DNA of 64,000 nucleotides from an uncultured delta proteobacterium (GTDB taxonomy: Bacteria > Myxococcota_A > Polyangia > Polyangiales > B10-G4), in contig CAVSGI010000010.1 in the NCBI GenBank assembly GCA_963727445.1, forward strand, positions 640,001-704,000, given 5' to 3'. The notes beneath the pieces are model-generated. The model did not search any database. It saw nothing but the letters and a program-made list of their open reading frames with translations, and had not been told where the DNA came from. Positions 12,201 through 20,285 of this stretch are shown one piece after another. The stretch's first letter is position 1; each line of letters begins with the position of its first letter. The translations under genes were made by a program, and so were the position numbers.

Positions 12201-14727
12201 TCTTCACCCGTTCCTGGAGAACCGCGCGTTCTTCGGCGCCGATGTCGACGCGTTGCGTAGTGAACGCCCGGAGGAAGCCGGCGCAGTGATGCGCGGATTC
12301 CTCGAGGACGTGGCCCGTGGGCGCATGCGAACGTTGCCGTACAGACGCTTTCCACTCTCGGAGACCGTGCCGGCTTTGCGCGCCCTCTCGCGTGCGGAAC
12401 ACACGGGCAAGTTCGTCATCTCGACCGGCACCGAGTCGCGTACCGTCGTCCCCGCCGCGGCACCGAAGCTCTCGTTACCCGGTACTCACGTGATCACCGG
12501 CGGATTGGGAGGGCTGGGCTTCGCGCTCGCCCAGTGGCTCGTCGCCTGTGGCGCGCGCCACGTGGCGCTGCTCGGACGACGCGGCCTTCAGAGCGAATCC
12601 GACCGGGAACGCGTCGAGGCCCTGGGCCGCGCCGGCGCCGACGTCCGGGTGTGGCCCTGCGACGTCAGCGACTCATCACGCCTCGCCGCAGTGCTCGCCG
12701 AGGTGCGGGCGACGATGCCCCCCGTCCACGGCGTGTTCCATCTCGCCATGGTGCTGCGCGACGAGCCGGTCGCGCGCATGAGCGCACAGACCCTTCACGA
12801 AGTGCTCGCCCCGAAGGCCTGGGGCGCCTTCCATCTCCACAGGCTCACAGAGTCGGATCCCCTCGAGCACTTCGTGTGCTTCAGCTCGGTGTCCGCCGAG
12901 CTGGGAACCCTCTTCCAGGGGTCCTATGCGGCGGCGAACACGATGCTCGATGCCCTCGCTCATCATCGGCGTGCGCTCGGCAAGCCAGCGCTTTCGATCG
13001 ACTGGGGAGCCGTGGCGGAGGTGGGCGTGGTCGCGGAGACGCGAGAGACGGCCAGCTTCCTCGCGAGCCTCGGCGTGGACACCATCCCCGTCGCTCGCCT
13101 CCTGGCGGTGCTGGGCGAGATGATGCGTAACCCTGCCGCCCCACCTCAACTGATGGTATCGGCGATGGATCACGCGCGGCTCATCCGGGCGATGCCGCGC
13201 CTTCGGGAGAGCCCCAAGTTCGAACGCCTGACCGAATCGCTGGTCGAGGCGACCATGGGCACGGGAGGCGACGAGGTCGATCGCAAGACCCTGATACGGA
13301 GAGAGGTAGCAGCGATACTCGGGAACGACCCAAAGCGTGTGCGCGATGACATGCCGCTCGTCGATCAGGGCCTGGATTCGCTGATGGCCGTCGAACTCTC
13401 CAATCGGCTCCGGAACAAGCTCGGAATCGAAGTCGCCACCATGACGCTGCTGGAACACGCGACGGTGACGAGCCTCGAGGAGAGAACGGCCCGAGAAGGG
13501 GACCGCTCTGCATCCGCCGAGTCGGAGTCCTCCGAATCTGTGGACCTCGACGCCGAGGCCCAGCTCGATGCGTCCATCGCACCCACCGGGCGCGACATCA
13601 CACACACCGCCGATCCCCAGATGGTCGTGGTCACGGGGGCCGCGGGGTTCATCGGGGCACACCTGGTCCATCGCCTGCTCGAGCAGACGTCGGCCGAGAT
13701 CCAGTGTGTGGTGCGGGACCGAGGCGACGGCGCTCGCGCCCGATTGCTGCGCGCCCTCGACGGGTACGGGCTCACACACCCCGACCGGGAACGACGCTTG
13801 AAGGTCGTCGACGGAGACGTGGCATTCCCGCGCTTCGGGCTCGACGCCAGCACGTGGGAGTCCCTCGCCGAGGCCGACCACATCTACCACGCTGCAGCCC
13901 GGCTCAACTTCGCCCTTCCTTATCGGGCCCTGCGTGGCCCAAACGTCGTCGGTGTTCGAGAAGCGCTGAGGCTGGGTGCGACGGGCCGCCTGACGCCGGT
14001 TCATCATCTCTCCAGCTTTCCGGTCGTCGGTCAGCCAGGCGGAGTTCCGGCCGAGCGGGGATACAGCGCGCACTACCTCGCGTCACGCGGCTACGACGTC
14101 GGCTACATCCAGACGAAGTGGGTCGCCGACCAGCTCGTAACCCACGCGCGAGACCGAGGGCTCCCGGTCACGACCTATCGACCTGGCTTGGTGGCAGGGC
14201 ACTCCGGGACTGGCGTCTGGAACACCGAGGATGTCACCTGTCGCATCATCAAAGGTTGCATTCTCCTGGGAACGGCGCCCGATCAGGATCAGATGCTCGA
14301 TCTCGTTCCCGTCGACTACGTGGCCGCGGCGGTGGTGAACTTGTCCCTCCGCGAGAGCTCGTTGGGGCGGGGCTTCAACATGGCCAACCCCGCGCCCGTT
14401 AGCTGGCGGTGGTTCGTCGGGTGGCTTCGGGAACAGGGATACGACATCGAGCTGGTCCCCAGTGAGCGCTGGCACCGACAGGTGTCCGCGGGTCGCCTGC
14501 CGGAGGATAATCCACTCCGGAGTCTCGTGCCCTACTTCCAGCAGCGCCCACTGGACCGACCGCTCGTAGGGTATCGCGAGCACGCGCGTGCACCACGGCT
14601 ACTCGCCCGACTCACGACGGGGGCCGCGCTAGAGGGTCAGGGCGTCCTCTGTCCACCTCTTGACCGCAAACTGCTCGGCTTGTATGTCAGCTTTCTGCAA
14701 AGCACCGGGTTTCTCCCGCTTCCCTGA
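6214..14727 (+). CDS. Type I polyketide synthase, single module KS-AT-DH-cMT-ER-KR-ACP with terminal thioester reductase (R)
   Basis: KS DTACSSS/HGTGT/NIGHLE; AT GHSIG and VPYHS; DH HVLQGSVVFP; MT LEVGAGTGG..DVLH; ER LVHSGTGGVG; KR ITGGLGGLG..YAAAN; ACP GLDSLMAVEL; R VTGAAGFIG..YIQTK. Confidence 0.95.
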   Translation: MDIAIIGIGCRYPGGVDSPASFWRLLRSGVDAITEIPDDRWSQSTQFDPDKPPGTSNSRWGGFLDDVSGFDPSFFGISPREAAAMDPQQRLLLELAWEAMEDAGVPPGTLRGTPCGVFVGQSSFDYAEIQKAPSNRHLIDAYTNLGTAGSIAANRISYIFDLKGPSMTIDTACSSSLVATDVACRYLRDGVIDHALIGGINLILKSETTIGFAQASMLSPDGRCFAFDARANGYVRSDGAGVVLLKPLAHALRDEDRVYAVIKATVSNQDGHTRGITVPSQSAQVAAIESALAQAGLAPHEVQYVEAHGTGTPVGDPIEVRALSAALGGDRARPLLVGSVKTNIGHLESGAGVAGLVKAALALHHGTIPPSLHVERPNPAIDFELLGVEVVTSPTPWPEGPRYAGLNSFGFGGANAHVILGDAPPAPARSTPHPGPHLLTVSGRSEAGLRARLAQLTECLEHDAIPLADLCHTASARRDHHPYRRGVVGADRASLTAAISHAMDQPVAPVPAARPQVAFVYTGMGPQWFGMGRELSASSDVFRDAMVRCDALFAGLEHGVSVLEVLAADEEASLIDRTEHAQPAIFSIQVALTELWRRWGLRPDLIIGHSIGEAAAAWAAGALTLEQAALVIHHRSRLQAETAGSGTMLAVGLSATAVTHFLRGLEDRVAIAAINSGDSVTLAGEHDALEQIAEALDRVGAFQRRLSVEVPYHSPQMAPVAKHLASALSTLVPVPASVSMFSTASGTWVGERLLDGAYWASNVENPVRFKDGIHALVSRGAAAFLQVGPHPVLSNALMSEAPDRPALASLRRNAPEHQTLLTAAARLYELGLSFDWAEINAGKRVDLPSYPFQRQPFWREDQRSEETRIGAARHPMIGRRTMAPAPRWNPTIDTRRLPWVADHVLQGSVVFPGTGYVEMALAAGSELFGGLPGGLDDVRFEQAFFVQRDTRHALELQVDPASKQWEVFGRGPENHWIRHASGWLHRDRSSVPVIDAAALRQSCPIRLDHQACYARFERLGFSYGDSFRGIRALHVGPRRAFAEIEVPASLSKVEAYSFHPAVLDACLQLLAGAAPELHGLAVPVAIRRMRVHGTLTRRIQCFLQLHAGHGQDLVGDLLAFDEEGRLLIEMEDLTARCTELSRPATVADFDPLLYSPRWVNAPLDGKHDASWIPRLDQLAAAGGKAPRWQVRRVDIGDGEAELEALATDYIVSALRNLGWQPALADRFTATELGRSLGVDPQHDALLARYLGFLVVDGVLGLEAGSYEVRRDPGRPEPSATWRELYFRYPASQAELRLLRRCGSHLADALAGKMSGVELIFVDGSSSLLEHLYQHAPSVASAAAAVQSVIEALDAARPVGRPLRILEVGAGTGGLTAAMVRALPDREVDYCFTDVSPLFLQRAKERFQDLPFLRFEIFDLEQPAQERGLAPGSFDVILGLDVLHVMSRLDRALEAIGELLAPDGVFVLAELVERYRTSELFFGMLPGWWSFQGDPRRDDHALLSPSDWKSLLQEHGFREVVRTAAPDPSARAVFLARRPRISASSEPRKEESAAAPTTGQRWVVFEDAGGVGAAMTERLRTTGAEVITLREADAPDEAHLARILGGSLHGVLHLWNLDVPDGKEAIAHAESHGTFSIARLAQAIPEKGRAGSHPLVIVTRQAWAVDGPSSEPAAALAWGLGRSLRNERVDLDLRLLDIDDEADVDALWTEIRGGVDDEVALRGSRRFVRRLNPTALRDLQREAPPRDCRMVLTVPGLVESLSLFEVSDDPLPEGWVSVDVASTSLNFKDVTRAVGLLAESRERAASASELGQESAGVVRRVGPGVDGVEVGDRVLALVGGGLGSVVRCPAALVAKLPDDVTFDEAAAIGMVFLTAYHALLNLARLRPDETVLVHSGTGGVGLSVIQLAHSIGARVMATAGSAEKREMLLALGAERVGDSRSLAFVDDARAWTDGRGVDVVVNSLAGDALHASLNALAPYGRFVELGRRDMEEGGRLDLHPFLENRAFFGADVDALRSERPEEAGAVMRGFLEDVARGRMRTLPYRRFPLSETVPALRALSRAEHTGKFVISTGTESRTVVPAAAPKLSLPGTHVITGGLGGLGFALAQWLVACGARHVALLGRRGLQSESDRERVEALGRAGADVRVWPCDVSDSSRLAAVLAEVRATMPPVHGVFHLAMVLRDEPVARMSAQTLHEVLAPKAWGAFHLHRLTESDPLEHFVCFSSVSAELGTLFQGSYAAANTMLDALAHHRRALGKPALSIDWGAVAEVGVVAETRETASFLASLGVDTIPVARLLAVLGEMMRNPAAPPQLMVSAMDHARLIRAMPRLRESPKFERLTESLVEATMGTGGDEVDRKTLIRREVAAILGNDPKRVRDDMPLVDQGLDSLMAVELSNRLRNKLGIEVATMTLLEHATVTSLEERTAREGDRSASAESESSESVDLDAEAQLDASIAPTGRDITHTADPQMVVVTGAAGFIGAHLVHRLLEQTSAEIQCVVRDRGDGARARLLRALDGYGLTHPDRERRLKVVDGDVAFPRFGLDASTWESLAEADHIYHAAARLNFALPYRALRGPNVVGVREALRLGATGRLTPVHHLSSFPVVGQPGGVPAERGYSAHYLASRGYDVGYIQTKWVADQLVTHARDRGLPVTTYRPGLVAGHSGTGVWNTEDVTCRIIKGCILLGTAPDQDQMLDLVPVDYVAAAVVNLSLRESSLGRGFNMANPAPVSWRWFVGWLREQGYDIELVPSERWHRQVSAGRLPEDNPLRSLVPYFQQRPLDRPLVGYREHARAPRLLARLTTGAALEGQGVLCPPLDRKLLGLYVSFLQSTGFLPLP

Positions 14728-14742
14728 CGGACGGAGACGACA

Positions 14743-15300
14743 ATGGCCAGCGACTTTCAAAAGCAGAAGTACCTCGACTTTTTCAACGTCATCGACAGCA
14801 ACCAGAACGGACAGATCGAGTTCGATGACATGGCGTCCCACGTCTACAAGCTCGCCACCGCCAAGGGTTGGCAGGAGAGCGACGATGCGTTCAAGCGCCT
14901 CCTCGACGCCAAGAAGAGCACCTGGAAGGCCATCTCCGAGCGCTGCGGCGGGTCAGAGAAGATCTCCAGTGATGAGTGGGTCGACATGTGCGACGGCGTG
15001 GCAACCGAGATAAAGCGCGACGGCAAGGCGCCCGCGTTCGTCACCGAGGCTCATCTCGCGACCTTCAACTCTCTCGATCTCGACAACAGCGGCGGGATTC
15101 ATCTCGACGAGTACGAGCACTACCTGAAGTCGATGGATGCCTCGACCGCGCAGGCGGCCGACGCGTTCAGCCGGGCCGACGCCAACAGCGACGGTCAGGT
15201 CACGATGGAGGAGCTGCAGGATCTACTCGTCGAGTTCTTCGTCAGCGACGAGCCCGGCGATCCCGGAAACGGCTTCGTGTCCGGCAAGGTCTACGCCTGA
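14743..15300 (+). CDS. EF-hand calcium-binding protein (calexcitin/SCP/calerythrin-like)
   Basis: Canonical loops DSNQNGQIEFDD, DLDNSGGIHLDE and DANSDGQVTMEE, with a degenerate EF2. GGAG RBS; starts 15 bp after the PKS stop. Confidence 0.9.
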   Translation: MASDFQKQKYLDFFNVIDSNQNGQIEFDDMASHVYKLATAKGWQESDDAFKRLLDAKKSTWKAISERCGGSEKISSDEWVDMCDGVATEIKRDGKAPAFVTEAHLATFNSLDLDNSGGIHLDEYEHYLKSMDASTAQAADAFSRADANSDGQVTMEELQDLLVEFFVSDEPGDPGNGFVSGKVYA

Positions 15301-15442
15301 GCGCTCGGGCCCGACGGAGTCACGGCCTCCAACCCTCGCACGACAACAGCGGGTCACGATGCATCCCCGCCGACGAGATGCTCTTGCCCGTGTGCCGCGC
15401 CAGCGTGTCGTCGATTACAGCGGGGTGAGCCCCCGGATCTCG

Positions 15443-16181
15443 CTACTGATGGTGCATCGCGGGCGTCGCGGGGAGCGCCTCGACGCCGACGGTGGCGAGA
15501 CCTGTAGGCAACGGGGTCGTCGCCGTGCTCGCCGCGGGAAGCATGATGCAGGTGGCCGAAGAGGTGAAGTCGATCGCGCCGGTGGTCACGGAAGAGGTCG
15601 GCGCGAAGTCGATCGTCCCGTTCGGAACAGGGACCTCGAAGAGCCACAGTCCGCCCGGGATCGCTTCGAGCGATGCGGAGGTCGACGCGACGAGCAGTCC
15701 GCCCTGGGAGGTGATGCGCGCCGTGGGTGGAGATTGACCGTTGTCGCCGCCGTACCACTTGGCCCAGGCGAAGCGCGTCGGCGAGGTCTTCGAGTGTGTC
15801 GAGGGCGTCATCGAGTGCGGAGAGCGCCTCGGTCGGCGAAAGAGATTGCCAGTCGAAATGAAGCCAGAAGTGAAGCGTGATCGACGCGCGAAGCGTGCCG
15901 GTTCCGTCGATGCGATCCTCGGTCGTCGCGTCTTTGCCGTCACCGTCGAAGAGCTCTATTGGAACGTCTGTCGCGCCGATCGGGAAGGTGATCGTGAGCG
16001 GCGCGCTCGCCGCACCCGGGCCGGTGGGCGTCGGAGGAGGCAAGAGCGTCGGTGCCTCGACCCCCTCGACCGGAATCTGCATGTCGAGGTCGAGTCGACG
16101 AAACGCGTGGTACACGGTGGCGGGCTCGGTCGTGACGACCATGCCGGGCGCGTCGCGCTCGATCGCGACAACGCGGCGCAA
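15443..16181 (-). pseudogene. Degraded remnant of a large exported beta-rich protein
   Basis: Two protein-like segments in different frames (GLLRRVVAIE..VVTTEPAT..; FAWAKWYGGDNG..GGLLVAST..), with no signal peptide or convincing start. Confidence 0.4.
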
Positions 16182-16299
16182 TAGCCCCTGTGGTCATGAC
16201 GAACGCGGTCCTGGAAGGCAGAGATCTAGCCGGGGTTTAGAATTCGTCGTTGGCGGCGACCGCCTTTCCATTCTCTTCACGGTCTCTTAGGATGTGTCC

Positions 16300-17061
16300 A
16301 TGAGGTCGGGTTCGGCCGTCTTCTTGTTCGTCTTTTCTGCCGTGCTCCTTCCTTCTCTGGCGTACGCGCAGGAAGAGGGGGACGAGGCGGCCGTCGAGCA
16401 CTTTCGCCTGGGCCAGGAGTACCTGGCCGACAACCGTTTCGAGGACGCGCTCCGCGAGTTCCGCGACGCCCATCGCCTCAGCGGCCGCGCCGAGATGATC
16501 TTCAACGAGGCGGTCGCGCTCGAGAAGCTGCAGCGGTGGGGAGAAGCGGCCGACGCCTACGAGCGCTTCGTGGACGCCGTCCCGGAGGATCACTCGGCTC
16601 GTGAAGGCGCCGTGTCGCGCGCGCAGGAGATGAGACGTCGCGAGGCGTCGGAGCCAGCCACCGAGATGGTCGAGCCCGTGACGCTGCAGCCGGTGAGGGT
16701 CGCCAGCCCGAGCCCGCTCACCTTGCCCGGCGTCGTGGTCCTCGGCGTGAGCGCGCTCATCGGCGCGAGCTCTCTGGTCACTGGGTTGATCGCCCACGGG
16801 ACCTACAGCGATCTCGAGACGCAGTGCGTCGACGACATCTGCCCGGCGTCGCTCCGGGACGACCGCGACACCGCGTCGTCCTTCGCGTCGGTGTCGACCG
16901 TCCTCTTCGTGACCGCCGTCGTCGGCGGCGTGCTCGGTGGCACGCTGATGGCGCTCGGCCTCGCGGGGGTGGGCGCGGACGACGGCGAGGGCGCGAGCGC
17001 GGCCATCGTCCCCTTCGGTGCCCCGGGGGGCGGCGGCTTGACCGTGACGGGAAGCTTCTGA
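16300..17061 (+). CDS. Secreted TPR protein with C-terminal hydrophobic segments
   Basis: Signal peptide (LAYAQ), TPR (HFRLGQEY..FEDALREF..FNEAVALEKL..AADAYERF), two hydrophobic helices, ends GGGLTVTGSF. Confidence 0.8.
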   Translation: MRSGSAVFLFVFSAVLLPSLAYAQEEGDEAAVEHFRLGQEYLADNRFEDALREFRDAHRLSGRAEMIFNEAVALEKLQRWGEAADAYERFVDAVPEDHSAREGAVSRAQEMRRREASEPATEMVEPVTLQPVRVASPSPLTLPGVVVLGVSALIGASSLVTGLIAHGTYSDLETQCVDDICPASLRDDRDTASSFASVSTVLFVTAVVGGVLGGTLMALGLAGVGADDGEGASAAIVPFGAPGGGGLTVTGSF

Positions 17062-18802
17062 TGCCCCGCCTTCTGCCCCTGGCGATCCTGCTCTCCCTGA
17101 GCGCCTGCACGGCGCTGGACGACTTCGGCAAGTTCCAGTTCCCCGACGCGACCGTCGATGGGAGCGCCGACAGCGGCGACGTCGGCCCCGACGCCCCCGC
17201 GTGCGTGCCCTCGATGGACGGAGAGGTGTGCAACGGCCTCGACGACGACTGCAACGGCCTCCCCGACGAGGGCGACATCTGTGGTCCCGGCCTGTCCTGC
17301 GTCATGGGCGAGTGCGTCGACTGCGAGCCGGGGATCCCCGACCCGCCCGACGTCGACTTCTACGACGCGAACTGCGACGGCATCGATGGCGATTTCGACT
17401 CGGCGATCTTCGTGGCGCCAGGCGCAGCGCCGGGTGGGGACGGTCGGACGCCAGATGCGCCCCTCGCCTCGATCCAAGCCGGCATCGACGCGGCGATCAA
17501 CGCGACGCGGTCCGAGGTCTACATCGCGGCGGGCGAGTACACCGAATCCGAGCCGGTACGGCTCGCGTCGGGCATCTCGCTCTACGGCGGCTACGACGCG
17601 ACGTTCACCAGCCGCAGCGACGCGGCGACGGTGCTCCACGGCGCGACGACGGCCGTCCTGGGCGAACGGCTGAGCAGCGACGTGGAGCTCCAGCTCCTCA
17701 CGATCGAGTCCGCCACCGCCACGACGCCGGGCGAGAGCTCCTACGTCATCCGGGTGATCGACAGCCCGGGGATGATCCGCATCGTCGCGTGCGAGCTCTT
17801 CGCCGGCGATGGAGCGCCTGGGGAAGGTGGAGCGAGCGGGTCCAGCGGAGCGATGGGGAACGTTGGGGACCCGGGGATGGACGGCGAAGATCGCCTCGGG
17901 GCCGGCCTCTCGGGGCAGGCGGGGGGGCGGCGGTGAGCTGCGCCGGTGGACGCAGCTCGGGCCGCGGGGGCCAGGGCGGGGACTCGGGTCCGTCGAACGA
18001 CTGCATGCCCACTTACGCCTGCCGCGATGGGTTGGACGGGGCCAGGGGACAACTCACCGGAGGAACCGCGGGCGCTGGAGGTTCGGCAGTCACCAACTGC
18101 CAAATAACGGAAAGCAGCGGAGGGGGGCCGGCCGACGGCGCAGAGAGTGGAATGCAGGGCGCGCCGGCGATGGCTCTCGGATTGGTCGACGGCGGCTCGT
18201 ACGTCCCCGCCCTCAGCGGCCCGGGTGACGATGGAGCGCCGGGGCCGGGCGGCGGCGGCGGCGGTGGGGGCGCTTCGGTCCTGAACGCCATCGGCGGGAG
18301 CGGCGGCGGCGGTGGCTCCGGTGGATGTCAGGGAACGGGTGGCGGCGGAGGTGGGGGAGGCGGTGCGTCGATCGCCGTCCTTCTCGTCAACGCCGTGGCC
18401 CTCCTGGCGAACGGGACGATTCTGCATCGCGGAGCGGGAGGCCCGGGGGGACGGGGCGGTGATGGCGGCATGGGAGGAGCCGGCGGCAGTGGAGGCAGTG
18501 GGGGGGGCTCAACTACGACTGCCACCGGCACTTGTTCGACGTTCCCAGGTGCTGGCGCCGGGGGAAACGGTGGAGACGGCGGGGAAGGCGGCGCTGGCGG
18601 TGGGGGCGCCGGTGGGCCTGGAGGCCCCTCGATCGGCGTCCTTCGCATCTCCGCGGCGATCACCGCGCCCGGATTGACCTACGAGGGCGGCATGGGCGGT
18701 GCGCCGGGCATGGGCGGCAACCGACCCGCCACCGGCAGCACCCCGGCCGAACGCGCGCCGTCCGGCCCGATGGGCATGGTCTACGACGACCATTCGCTCT
18801 GA
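17061..18802 (+). CDS. Lipoprotein with CNGLDDDC metal-binding repeats, DUF1565-like domain and Gly-rich (PGRS-like) tail; frameshifted at ~17898-17927
   Basis: TGATG overlap with the upstream gene; lipobox LSAC; EVCNGLDDDCNG and DANCDGIDG. The Gly-rich tail continues in the frame of ORF 17201..18802 after G runs (G7 at 17921-17927). Confidence 0.75.
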
Positions 18803-18920
18803 GCGTCGTCGTGGACGACATTCGTCGTCCGGCTCCCCGATCTCGCCGGCTCGCGCTTCTTGCCCGTGGTGGAAGGATACCGCCGACTCCGACGCGGATC
18901 GTCGAGCTACACTCACCTCC

Positions 18921-20219
18921 ATGACTCCTACCCAGCGCTGGCGCGGGCTCAAGGCCTTGATCCACGACGCCGTGGACGCGACCACGGACCTCGTCGGTGT
19001 GGGGCACGAGTCCACCGCGCGGAGCGTCCGGCGGGTCACCGACGCCATCGAGCCGCTGCGGGAGCCTGCGCGCGTCGTCGACGATGCCCGCCGTGTCTCG
19101 ACGGCCGGGGTACTCGGCACGGTGAAGGCCGTGAATCGGGGCGTCGAGTGGCTGAGCGACTTCGTCATCGATCGCGTCGCAGAGGTCGACGAGCCTCGGT
19201 GGCGAGCGCTCGAAGGAGGACGGGTGATACCCGCGCTGCCGATGCGCTCGGATGCGGCCGGGACGCGTGCGTGGGTGGGAGACGCAGCGATCGGGCTCGT
19301 CAACGCCGCCGTGGGAGACCACCTCAGCGAATCCGAGAACGGGCTGGACATGTCGATGCTCCTCCGCGTGGGTGATGACTACGTGTCGCCCGAACGCGGC
19401 GTGCTGGAGCGGGTGGTGAGAGCGCCGAGCCCGGCGGTCGCGCTCTTCGTACACGGCCTCGGCACCACCGAGTGGTCCTGGTGTCTCGACGCGGAGCGCT
19501 ATCACGGGGACCCGGCCACGACCTTCGGGACGCTCCTCGAAGCGGACCTCGGCTTCACCCCCGTCTACGTGCGCTACAACTCCGGGCGCAGGGTCTCGGA
19601 CAACGGGCGGCTCCTCGCCGCGCAGCTCGAGCGATTCGTGGAGGCCTATCCGACCACGGTCGGGGATCTCACGCTCTTCGGCCACAGCATGGGCGGCCTC
19701 GTCCTCCGGAGCGCCATTCATCACGCCGAGGAACGAGGCTTCACCTGGCCGAGCCTGGTGCGGCGCGTCTTCTGCCTCGGTGCTCCGCACCACGGCGCAC
19801 CCCTCGCGAAGCTGAGCCAGGTCATCGGCAACGCCTTGAAGGTCGTCGACCTCCCCGCCGCTCAGATCGGCGCGCGGATCTTCGACGGACGGAGCGCAGG
19901 GATCAAGGACCTCAGCGCCGGTGACGTGGTTGACCCGGAGTGGCTCGAAACGAATCGGGATGCCGCGACCGATCCGGGCCTACTGCCGCACGCGCGCCAC
20001 TACTTCCTGTCGGCGACCGTGACCACCGACCCCGAGAACAGGTTGGGACGAATCATCGGCGACCTCCTCGTGCGTGACCCCAGCGCCGAGGGCAACGAGC
20101 TCCGCGAGTCGCACTTCCCCATCGAGACCTTCCGCTATGGCGGCGTCATGCACCACCAGCTACAAAACCATCCTTCGCTCTACGTGGAGATTCTCGAAGC
20201 GTGCAGGGAAGCGCGATGA
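18921..20219 (+). CDS. Alpha/beta hydrolase (PGAP1-like lipase/esterase)
   Basis: FVHGLG oxyanion motif, YNSG, GHSMGG nucleophile, LGAPHHGAPL, GDLLV and a C-terminal His. Confidence 0.85.
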   Translation: MTPTQRWRGLKALIHDAVDATTDLVGVGHESTARSVRRVTDAIEPLREPARVVDDARRVSTAGVLGTVKAVNRGVEWLSDFVIDRVAEVDEPRWRALEGGRVIPALPMRSDAAGTRAWVGDAAIGLVNAAVGDHLSESENGLDMSMLLRVGDDYVSPERGVLERVVRAPSPAVALFVHGLGTTEWSWCLDAERYHGDPATTFGTLLEADLGFTPVYVRYNSGRRVSDNGRLLAAQLERFVEAYPTTVGDLTLFGHSMGGLVLRSAIHHAEERGFTWPSLVRRVFCLGAPHHGAPLAKLSQVIGNALKVVDLPAAQIGARIFDGRSAGIKDLSAGDVVDPEWLETNRDAATDPGLLPHARHYFLSATVTTDPENRLGRIIGDLLVRDPSAEGNELRESHFPIETFRYGGVMHHQLQNHPSLYVEILEACREAR

Positions 20220-20285
20220 GCGAAGAGACGTGTGGCAGCGGTGCCCAGGGGACGTCACCGAACTCCGAACGCCGTGAGCCCGCCG

